In this document: piece by piece, positions 14,880 to 25,966 of the stretch
Layout of the letters: every line of letters begins with the position of its first letter
Position numbering within the stretch: position 1 is the stretch's first letter
Assembly: GCF_009914755.1 (NCBI RefSeq)
Contig: NC_060925.1
Strand: one strand, 5' to 3'
Length of the DNA stretch: 64,000 nucleotides
Origin: the human T2T-CHM13v2.0 reference genome, Homo sapiens
Notes under the pieces: model-generated
Told to the model about the DNA's origin: nothing
The model's input: only the letters and a program-made list of their open reading frames with translations
The model's database searches: none
Program-made: the position numbers and the translations under genes

Positions 14880-16131
14880 CAGTGTTTGGCTGAATTCTTA
14901 TTGGCTTATCACAGAGAACGGCTCTGGGGCAAAAGGAAAGGCTAGTTGTGGTTCCAAGGTCACATTAGTCTAAACAGAAGGGCACCCTTTGGGTGCTTTG
15001 AGTTGTGACTTATGGTGCGTGAGACGCCTTCTTTGCAGAGCGGCCCTGGGGTTTGGGTTCTGCCAGTCACAAGGGTCCCTCGCAGCTCTTACACTTCTTT
15101 TCATCTTAGTCAATCCTACTTTAAGATGTGAACAGGCAATGGGCCTTGCTTGGGGAAAAGAGTGAGCTGTCCCTACTGGTGCAGTGTCATATAGAAACAG
15201 CTGCTCAAAAGTGGTGTGAGAAAGGGAGGATGAATGAGCAGTCATTCATCTAGTTTCAGGAAACTAGAAGGTGTTGGCTCTAGTATTTATTTCCTCTGCC
15301 TGGATGGCACTTCAGGATAAGGTGAAAGGAAGAGTGTCCTCTGCCCCTTGGGTGACTGGCACAATGATAAACACAGATTCATCTGGCCCTGACCTGGGAA
15401 TTGTGAAGAAGAAAACACTTTCTTAGGGAGACTGTACAAGGAGGACTTCCCCCACTTTTGTCAGGTCTGGTGGCATTTGCCCTGGACTGGTCCCTGTCTC
15501 AGGGAATACAGGCCACAGTCGCCCTAGGGTTAGCTGGGCATGGAGCGGCCCTGGAAGAAAAGAAGATATGAAAAGAGGAAGGAATGAGCTCACCTTGCCT
15601 GCAACTGTCTCTCAGGGGAGAGAGTTTAAGGAGACTCAAAGAAGAGGAGGAGAGTCCAGGAACTGAGAGCTGCCGTATATGTACAGGTGTGTGTAGAAAT
15701 TCTAAAAGTTACTGGTAGATGCACTCTCAAAAAAGAGGTGCAGAGGGCAACATAGCACATTAGACATCCGTAAAAATACACCCACAGTCTTAAGACTAAT
15801 GGGTGGCCATACAGCTATTTGAGCTGAAGGTGAAAAGACCCATTTAGAGATTCCAAGCCTTGGAAACTCTGAGATTGCATTTTGTAAATTGGGTGGGGAG
15901 GGTATATTATCTGACTCATCTTTATGGCTGTTTGTGATTCATGTTGTTCTTTTAAACTGCCCTGTGCACACATCTACCAGCCTGCACGGGCCAGATGGTC
16001 ATACATTTTTCTCCTGCCCTCACTCTGGATGGGAGCTCTTCTTACTCTCCACATCAGTACAGGAAAGGTATTTGCAAGAGCAGGAAGTAAAGGAAACTGG
16101 CAGGAGACTATTAAAAGTCTTTCTGACTTTA

Positions 16132-16422
16132 GGCCGGGTGCAGTGGCTCACACCTGTAATCCCAGGACTTTGGGAGGCCAAGGCAGGTGAATCACTTAAG
16201 GTCAGGAGTTCGAGACTAGCCTGCCCAACATAGTGAAACCTTGTCTCACTAAAAATACAAAAATGAGCCAGGTATGGTGGCACATGCCTGTAATCCCAGC
16301 TACTCCAGAGGCTGAGGCACAAGAATCATTTGAACTCGGGAGGCAGAGGTTTCAGTGAGCTAAGATCACGTCACTGAACTCCAGCCTGGGTGATAGAGTA
16401 AAACTCTGTCTCAAAAAAAAAA
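16132..16422 (+). mobile_element. AluS
   Basis: Full dimer; TSD AAAAGTC(T/C)TT(C/G)TGACTTT. Confidence 0.93.
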
Positions 16423-16433
16423 GTCCTTGTGAC

Positions 16434-16720
16434 TTTTGTTTTTTGAGATGGAGTTTTGCTCTTGTTGCCCAGGTTGAGGTGCAATGGCATGACCTCAGCT
16501 CACTTCAACTTCCACCTCCTGACAATTCTCCTGCCTCAGCCTCCCAAGTACCTGGGATTACAGGCGCCCACCACCATGCCAGCTAATTTTTTGTATTTTT
16601 AGTAGAGATGGGGTTTCACCATGTTGGCCAGGCTGGTCTCAAACTCCTGACCTCAGGTGATCCACCCACCTTGGCCTCCCAAAGTGCTGGGGTTACAGAT
16701 GTGAACCACTTTGCTCAGCC
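16434..16720 (-). mobile_element. AluS, tail-to-tail with the previous Alu
   Basis: Reverse dimer starting 11 nt after the A-tail of the 16132 Alu. Confidence 0.92.
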
Positions 16721-19327
16721 TTGGCTTTTTACTCTAAACCTGGATTTGTCTTGTAGGGGCTTAGAAGCTAGCAGGGATTATTATCATCATTTTCCCATTG
16801 AGAAAATAGGCAGTGGAGTCAAATAATTTGCCTATAATCAGTCAGCTATTACACCTGGCAGAGCCAGGATTTGAACCAGGTCTGCCTGAGTCCCTGCTGC
16901 CTTTTTGAAAGAAGACTTATGGATCGGGTTACACAACTGCCTCTCCACTGCAGCACTGTAATGTAAGTGAGAGTATCCAGCTGCTATCTTTGATCTCTCT
17001 TGACCCTCACTCATGATAACAAGCCTGGATGAGGACAGAAAGAGCTGCTGCACTACCCCACTTTGCAGCCTAGTGACATGTCCAGCAGGCTAAGGACACC
17101 AGCTTATCTGAAAGTGACTGCCAGCCAGAGTCCCACCAGTTGGAATTCCAGTCGTGTGTGGGGTGGGTAGGGCAGCACTCACTGCCTGTGATCATCAGTG
17201 TCCTTGTTCTGCTCCCTCCTCTCACCCACCCCACCCCTGCCAAGGCCTCCCTAGCCCTTCAACTGTGAGGCTTTGGGAGGTCTCAGGCTCAGCATATCTC
17301 TTTCAAAGAAGACTTCCTGACAGAAGGTAAGTGCAGGCCAGTTGCAATGAAAATGCTTTAAAATCTTCCTTTAGGCCCTAAAGAGTATAAGCTGAAGTGG
17401 TTTCCAAGATGATTTGAGCAAATTCATCACCTACAGAAGGTGTCATTAATACATAGTAGAGAGTTTATTTCTTCATATCAATGGCACTGAAAGGGTATTC
17501 GGAAGTAATCAAACTTTGAATAATCAGGAATGATGAGTCTTTTGCTTTCTTAGCCTCTCTGCAAAAAGTGCAGAAGCCATATGTGGATTAAAATTAAATA
17601 TGCTACCAAAAAGGAGGCAATTTCACAATGCAATGTGTAAGTAACTCCCTTAGTGGTTAACTTGGACACACTGTTCTCTCTATTCTCTTGCCATTCTGCT
17701 ATTTAGCAAACGCAGGACACTGAAAGAAAAGAAAGTATTTTTCATATGAAAATGACCCATATCAGATTTAATTTATCAATCTTGGAAATGGGGTTCAGAG
17801 TGGGAAGAATGAAGCTCACTCATACCTTTTCCTAAAAGCTCCATTAACAAAAAAGGCAAGTTTGAGCAAGATAGGGTTTTTCTGAACATAAAGCGGGATT
17901 TAGAGTGTTTGTTTCTTTGGTGTGTGTGTGTGATGTGTGTGTGTATGTGTGTGTGACGAGGGAGTTGTCTTAACAGGAACTTTTGTTATGAGAAATGTGC
18001 ATATTATTGAAAATAATACAAGTAAGAAAAACTAAAGTAGAGAAGTATATCATATATTAGTCAAACTTCATATGTGTAAATCTATATTTAGGGAGTGATT
18101 ATTTAATTTTTTGTTTGAGAGAAAGATTCACATATAGAATTTCTCTACATACCAAGATCCTGATTGGACATCCATGCTTCAAGATTTAGGAAAATTTAAT
18201 TTACACTCGCATTTTTAGGCTCGCAAAGCTTTTGAGTAAAAAAAAAAATGTACCAGAAATAAGATGGAGTGAATAAAAATACATTTTTAACAGAAAGAGT
18301 CTTTCTGTATAAACAAAGAAAAGCCAAGTTATGGATACAGTAAGAAGCCAATGTTGGGTTAATTTATCTAGGTTACCTTTAGTTGCTGCCTTGATTAACT
18401 TTTTGCCACCCCCGTCCCCCCTCCCTCCCCGCCACACAAATGACACATATCTTAAACAGGGTTGCAGAGGGGGAGTTCAGAAAAAAAAATGCTTAAGAAG
18501 ATTGATAGATACTTTTGTATACAAATAATGAAATTATCCCAGGTGATTAGTGTTTATTCATTAAAGCGTCCATCATTAAAGATTAGTTCTTGGCCTTCCC
18601 TGTTTAGCCCAGTCCTTACCAATAAGCTGCAGTTTAAAGTGGTAAATATGCATGTTGCTAAAATTATTCCATAATTTAAAAAATCTCAAATGAACAAATT
18701 TATCTTGTTTCCAATTAGTCTAAATAAATTAGATATTAGTATAGAGATTACAAAGTTATTTAAGAAAGAAATTCCAGAATCAAAAAGAAGAGCGGTTGAG
18801 GTGCTTTTTTTCTAACTAAACTTGAGGGTTGCGTTTGAGACAGAAAGTGGAAAAGAGACTTTTTTTTTCTGAGTATTGTGGACACTGTTGGTTGCCAACT
18901 CTTCTTCCTTTTTAGGCTATCATTCCCAGCTCTCTTTAAAGCCAGTGTAACTATGTGACCCAGTTCTGGCCAATGATATATGAGGGGAAGTCTGCTGGGG
19001 TGGGAGGAGGAGTTTACTTCTGGGAATGACTTTTATTCCTGATCAAAACAGATGAGGGTTCAATGCAACTGTATGAAGATGTAATCTTGGAGCTGCAGCA
19101 GCAATTTTATTACCATGAGATAAACTTTGAAGACTCTGAGGGTGTCAGCATGGAGAAAATAATTGATCTTTAATGGCATTGTGGAGCCACTTCCCAACCC
19201 CAGAACCATCTATCGCCAGATATAGTGTTAATTGCTTAAGCCACTATTTGTCATGTGTTCTGTGACTTGCAGCTATATGTATCCTGGTGGATACAACAGA
19301 CCTAGCAAAGGAAAGGATATATATATA

Positions 19328-19871
19328 TTTTTTGGTCAACATCTCACTCTGTTTCCCAGGCTGGAGTACAGTGGTACAATCACAGATCACTACAGCCTTG
19401 AACTACTGGGCCCAGGTGATCATCCTGCATCAGCCTCTGGAGTAGCTGGGACTACAGGCACATGCCTCCACACCCAGCTACTTAAAAAAAAATTGTTTTT
19501 TGTGGGAGCTAAATGATGAGATCTTATGAACACAAAGAAGGAAACAACGGACACTGGGGTTTACTTGAGGGAGAGAGTGGGAGGAGGAAGAGAAGCAGAA
19601 AAGATAACTATTGGATACTGAGCTTAATACCTGGGTGATGTACCTATAAAAATATGTACAACAAACCTCTGTGACACCTGTTTATCTATGTTACAAACCT
19701 TCACATGTACCTCCAAACCTAAAATAAAAATTAAATTATTATTATTATTTTTTTTTAAGAGACAGGGGTCTCACTATGTTGTCCGGGCTGGTCGGTAACT
19801 CCTGGCCTTAAGTAATCCTCCCACCTTGGCCTCCCAAATCCCTGAGGTTGCATGAGCCACCACACCTGACC
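19328..19871 (-). mobile_element. AluJ split by an L1 insertion
   Basis: Right arm 19328-19490, left arm 19750-19871. Confidence 0.85.
19502..19735 (+). mobile_element. L1 3'-end fragment (older L1PA/L1PB type)
   Basis: gtgggagctaaatgatgag...taatacctgggtgatg...cctaaaataaaa, an L1P 3' UTR. Confidence 0.85.
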
Positions 19872-20976
19872 CAGAAAGCATTATTCAACCAGAGCCACCA
19901 TTAGTCCATTTGGTGCTTCTATGTAACTTAGAAACTAGGTGCTTCGACACCTCCAGGTGTCGAGTCCCACCTACCCACTTTGCCAAGCGCCCTTGTGCCA
20001 TCACAGGTAACTGCATTGCTTCCTTACAAGTTTATGGAAGGTCTGCCTCTGCTCAAAGGACTCAGGTTGAGGCTGCCAATTCCAAAAGAGGAGGAGAGGG
20101 CAATGTGAGTTTCTTTTGCTTTCTGTCACATTGCAAGTGCATATATTGCATTGCTTATATATACTCTTGCAAAGTGAAAATATGCACTTGTAATGTGAAA
20201 TGGACGTTATAGTGCAGATTATTTAATTATCTCATTCTTCTTCTCTGTTTGATCTACCAGCAGCACTTCATTTGTACACCTAGCATGACATCATTTAGCC
20301 TTCACTTGATGCATATAAGAAATTTACATATTAGGTTGGCCACAATGCATTAGCTGGTACTATGTCATTTTCATCATGTTTAACCAAAATTTCACGTTAT
20401 TAAATAAAGTATTTTTATAAAAAAGTCTAATTAACATAAACACTATAAAAAACTAGTTTTGTCTGTGAAACTGGTAAAATTAATCCACAGGAGCACAGCG
20501 ATACATGTAGGATAATAATGACTTTAAATTTAAGACATGCAAAGTTAACAGAAGTCTGACATAACATGCTTTCCCACTCATTAAATATTATATGCTGTTA
20601 CTATGGGTATTCACTGATATACACTAAACTGGAAACAAACATGGTGACTAACACTGCATGACAAGATCCAGAATAATCTTATATTAGATGATCATAAAAT
20701 ATAAACATATACTTTAAAATTCTCCTTGAACTTTTAGATCCATTTGAAAACTTTAACATAATGTATTTAAAACATCTCGGCTAATACTATACTTTCAAGG
20801 ATCATTTCTATAATTAATTGAAACATCTAGGTTGACAGCCTGAATAGACAAAGTAATAATCATAACTAGACCAGATATGACATAGATGTTAGAACTAGAC
20901 AGGGAATATTATAATTATGATATTAATACTACTATATTAATATAATATATAAAGATCAAAGGAATAGAATACATAG

Positions 20977-21316
<340 letters not shown>

Positions 21317-21403
21317 ATCAGTTGATTTTTGACAAGATTCAAATTCAATTCAACAGAGAAAATACAGTGTTTTCAACAAATGGTACTGGAATAATTTGAC
21401 ATT

Positions 21404-21568
21404 GAAAGGAAGAGAAAGAAAAGAAAGGAAGGAAGGAAGGAAGGAAAGAAGGAAAGAAGGAAGGAAGGAAGGAAGGAAGGGGAAGGGGAAAGGGAAGGGA
21501 AAGGAAAAGGGAAAGGGAAGAAAAAGGAAAGGGAAGGAAAAAAGAAAAGGAAAAGAAAGAGGAAGGAC
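21404..21568 (+). repeat. Polypurine (GGAA/GGGAAA)n tract
   Basis: About 165 nt of only A and G. Confidence 0.95.
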
Positions 21569-23170
21569 CTTACACCTATGCAAAAACGAACTCAAAATGG
21601 ATCATACACCTCAATGTAAAATGTAGAAATAAAAAACTTCTAGAAGAAAAACAGCATTTTGTATGATCTTGGGTTTGGTGATGAGTTTTTAGATATGAGA
21701 CCAAAAGCACAATCCATAAAAGGAAAAATATGAAAACGGGACCCAACAAAATTAAAAACTTTGGCTTTTCCACCAAACATGCCCTCCCCCCCCAACACAC
21801 ACAAAAATGCTGTTAGTAGAATAAAAATACAAGCTACAGAAAAAGTTCCAAATCTTATATCAATAAAGGACTTACAACCAAAATACAAAGAACTCATAAC
21901 AAGAAAAACAAATAAAGCAATTTAATAATAAATTAAAGACAAAAAGAGATCTGAACAGATACTTTTCCAAAGAAGATGCACAAGTGGCAAATAAGCATAT
22001 GAAAAGATGCTCACAATAGTCATTGGAGAAACGCAAATGAAAACTGCAATAAGATACCTCAACATACCTATTAGAATGGCAACTTTTTAAAAAATGATAA
22101 TTCAAAATGCTGGTTAAGACATGGTGCAACAAGCACTCTTGTTCATTCCTTGTGGTAATGCAAAATGGCAGAATGAGTTTGTCAGTTTCTTACAAAGTTA
22201 AACATACACTTATCATGTGGCCCAACAATACCACTCCTAGGTAATTATCAAAGTGAATTGAAAACTTGCATTTATAGAAACCTATAAATGAATATCTATA
22301 GCAGCTTTGTTCATAATTACCAAAAACTAGAAGTAACTGAGATATCCTCAAGAGGTAAGCAGATTAACATATTGTGGTATATCATGCAATGGAATACTAC
22401 TCAGCAATAAAAAGAAATTAACTATTGATTCACACAACAACATAGATGAATCTTAAGTAAATTTTTGCTAAGTGAAAGAAGCCAGACCTAAAAGATCACA
22501 ACCTATTTTATTTTATTAACATGACATTCTGCAAAAGGCAAAGCTCTAGAGACAGATAACACAGATCAGTGGTTGCCATGTGTTGAGAAGAGGTTGACTG
22601 CGAAGGGATCACACAAGACAATTTTTAGGGTAATAGAACAGTTTTGCAAGATACTGTGGTGGTAGATTCATGACTCTATGCATTTGTCCACATTCACAAA
22701 AGGTACATTTATTCTAACTAAGGTATAATGTATTATAAACCTAAGTGAAATTTACTGTGTACATTTTTTTAAAAAATCAACCACGATGTGGGGAGATTCC
22801 AGGATGAAATGCAGACTGACAAATCTGTGTTACAATTATATGACATAACCTGACTAAAACGGTTGGGGAAAAAGGAGCTGACCTAAGTAACTTTGGAAAT
22901 GTGTTTTAACTGGATACTGTAAAGCTAAAGCAAAATCAACTGTGCATAAATGCTTTTCTTTAATTGGTCATTATGTTTCAGGCAGGAGTATAAGTTAGCA
23001 GTTCTGAAACTACTTTACATGTATACTAAGGCTGAACAAATAAGTAAATAAATTGTAGTTAATGGAAGCCAGCTTTCTCACTGTCAGAGAAAAAAGTTAC
23101 AAACAAGCAAGCAGAGAAGACTGAAATAAATCCTGTGGTTCTAAATAAAGTTGGCAATGACAATATGAAT

Positions 23171-23174
<4 letters not shown>

Positions 23175-23223
<49 letters not shown>
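23175..23223 (+). repeat. (TG)n microsatellite
   Basis: About 24 TG units. Confidence 0.97.
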
Positions 23224-23226
<3 letters not shown>

Positions 23227-23584
23227 ATTTGAGACTCAGAGTTTAGGGTTTTTCTTGGGGGCTAGTGCTAAAAGGCATTCTCTGCCTGGAAACTGTCAAA
23301 ATATCAGACTCTCTGAAGGAAGTGGTAATTCAGTGCCTCAAGGGCAAAACAGCCTTATCAATACAGGAGACTTTTCATGTTGGTTTGGGGAACTTTTCAC
23401 AAGCCAGGTTCCCAGATGTCAGGAAAGAGTCAATCTTTAAGCAGCCTCTTCTAAGGATATCAGCCTTGGGTTTGCTTCTTTGTTGATTCTTTCCTGTATA
23501 GGGCATAACAAACAAGACACAGGAGCCAACCTGAAACCACCCCCAATAACCCAAAATTGGATTACAATCCAAACAAACTATATA

Positions 23585-23616
<32 letters not shown>

Positions 23617-23961
23617 ATGTAATTTCATTCCATACAATAGTATGGAATGAGTACAAATAAGTAAATGAATAAACAAATAAATTAGGGGAAGAAGAGCAAA
23701 CCTTCCTTAGAGAAGAATTCTAAATTATAAGTGTAGAAGGAATGAGGGACATTTAAAATCACCACTAGAGCACCTTAGTAATAACTGCTGCAGGTAAGAT
23801 CCACTAAAATTTGTAGGTAAAACCTTAAGGAGAAGCAGCATATTTGTGTAGCCTCAAAGTATCTCATCAAAAAAATATTTATTAATTATTGTGGTAGCTT
23901 AAACATATGTCCACGAATTATTTGATAAACCTTCGTCTAGAAGGTGAAGCCTGATTCACTT

Positions 23962-24032
23962 CACAGGATTGGATAGTTGAGCTGGTAGGTGTAGGGCCTG
24001 CACAGTCAAATCAGGGGCATGTGTAGCTCACT
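23962..24032 (+). repeat. 71-bp perfect inverted copy of 25896-25966
   Basis: Exact reverse complement, checked base by base. Confidence 0.95.
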
Positions 24033-24799
24033 TACTTTGAGTGTAGATTGGACTTACTGATTGTTTCGAATGAATAGAGAATGGAAAGGGAAAATGGTAA
24101 CTTTACGGTGAAGAAACCTGGCAGGCACTACCTTAACCAAGTGATCACAGTTAACGTCATCAGTAAACAAGTTATATTGATCATGTACCCTCAATATGAT
24201 GTGATGAGAGGACCACTCTACCTCCATGATATTGTTTTCCAAAAATCCATAATTCAGTCCAATCATGAGAAAACTTCAGAGAAAGCCCCATTCAGGGATA
24301 TTCTATGAAATACTTGACGAGTGGTCTTCAAAATTGTCAAGGTCATGATAAAACAAGGCTGAGGAACAGATTGAGGGAGACTTAGACATGATGATTAAAT
24401 GTGACACGGTCTCCTGCATTAGATCTCAGAACCAAAAAGGAAACATTGGTGAAATCTGAATGAAGTCTGCAGTTTAATTAACAGTATGGCACCAATAATT
24501 TCACAATTTCAATCACTGTACTGTGGTTATATAACATTAGCAGAAACTAGATGAAGGATGTCCATGAACTTTCTGCACTATATTTGCAACTTTTCTGTAA
24601 ATCTGAGCTTATTTCAAAATAAATGTTTTTAAAAAGTACTTGCATTGGCACATACTAGCTAGTATCTCATGTTAGCTTCTCTTGGTTAATTCACTTGATA
24701 ACGCAAGAGAATGATAGTGCTGGGAAATCTCTCTTGTTGCCTCTACTCCAAATAAAAAGTGTTTTTCTAAGGATAAGTGATTGTAGTGGCATTTATAAT

Positions 24800-25680
24800 T
24801 GCTTTAGTCCATTCAGGCTGCTATAACAAAGTACCATAAACTTGGTGGCTTATAAGCAGCAGCAATTTTTCAAAGTTCTGGAGGCTGGGAAGTCCAAGAT
24901 GAAGGCACCAGCAGATTCAATATCTGGTAAGGATCTGGTTCACAGGCACTTTCTCAGTGTGTCCTCACTTGATGAAGGGGGTGAGAGGTTTCTCTTCAGT
25001 CCCTTTTATAAGGGCACTAATCCCATTCATGAAGATCATGACCTAATCACTTCCCCAAAGGCCCCACTGTTACTGAGCAAAAGGGCTCACTACCCAAGGC
25101 ACTAGACCCAAGGCACTAGAAGCCAATACTATGGCACCAGGTTTTTGAGAAAAGCTTTTATTGTGAGTCAGTCAACAAGGAGAGAAGAGTCCAGATCAAA
25201 TCTGTCTCCCTGTGCTGGCTTTAAGGCAGTCATTTTATTAGAAAGGGTTTATGGGGTAGATTCTGGGATTAGTAGGTGATTGGTGGAAAGAAAGGGGAGG
25301 TCTGGAAAGTCCTCAGGCATGCACAATTATCTCTTCATGCTACCTCATGAATCACATTTGCAAATTTGGGGAACTTAGTAGGAAACATGGTGGAAATGAA
25401 AATTTTATCCTGCAAAGACTCCAGTTGACCATGCTGGTTCCAATCAATTTCAGCCTTTTTTTTTTTTTCTTTTTTTAAATATCACAAGCAGAGGGAGTTT
25501 CAGCATTTCGGCAAGTTGTTTCTTTTCTTATCTGCTCTCATACAAGCTCAAGAATTTCTGTTATTCACTGGCTTCTTTAACTCTGTGGCACAATTTCACC
25601 TCCTAACAGTACCATCATCTTAAGAGTTAGGATTTCAATATATGAATTAGATAGGGACACAAATATTCAGACCATAACAA
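24800..25680 (-). mobile_element. MLT1A/MST-type MaLR LTR with a nested ERV1-class LTR (MER67-like, ~25068-25598)
   Basis: ttagtccattcaggctgctataacaaag...cagaccataaca is interrupted at aaaggccccac|ctcctaa by a TG...CA element. Confidence 0.65.
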
Positions 25681-25895
25681 TAAGCGTGGGAAATTTCTTT
25701 GCCCTTTAAATGAACAATATCATGATGAGAAGATACCAGGCTGACCCTTTTAAAAGTTAGTGCTTCTAACCAATGTCAGTTCTGAGTAGCTGAGGACACC
25801 GTGGTTTCATTGTCCTGTTAGTGGAGAGTGGTTTTCAGAGTGTCATCATGGCTGGAGAACCAGGTCTGGACACACGATCACTCAGGGGCAAGGTG

Positions 25896-25966
25896 AGTGA
25901 GCTACACATGCCCCTGATTTGACTGTGCAGGCCCTACACCTACCAGCTCAACTATCCAATCCTGTG
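25896..25966 (-). repeat. Partner (probable donor) of the 71-bp inverted repeat
   Basis: Exact reverse complement of 23962-24032. Confidence 0.95.
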
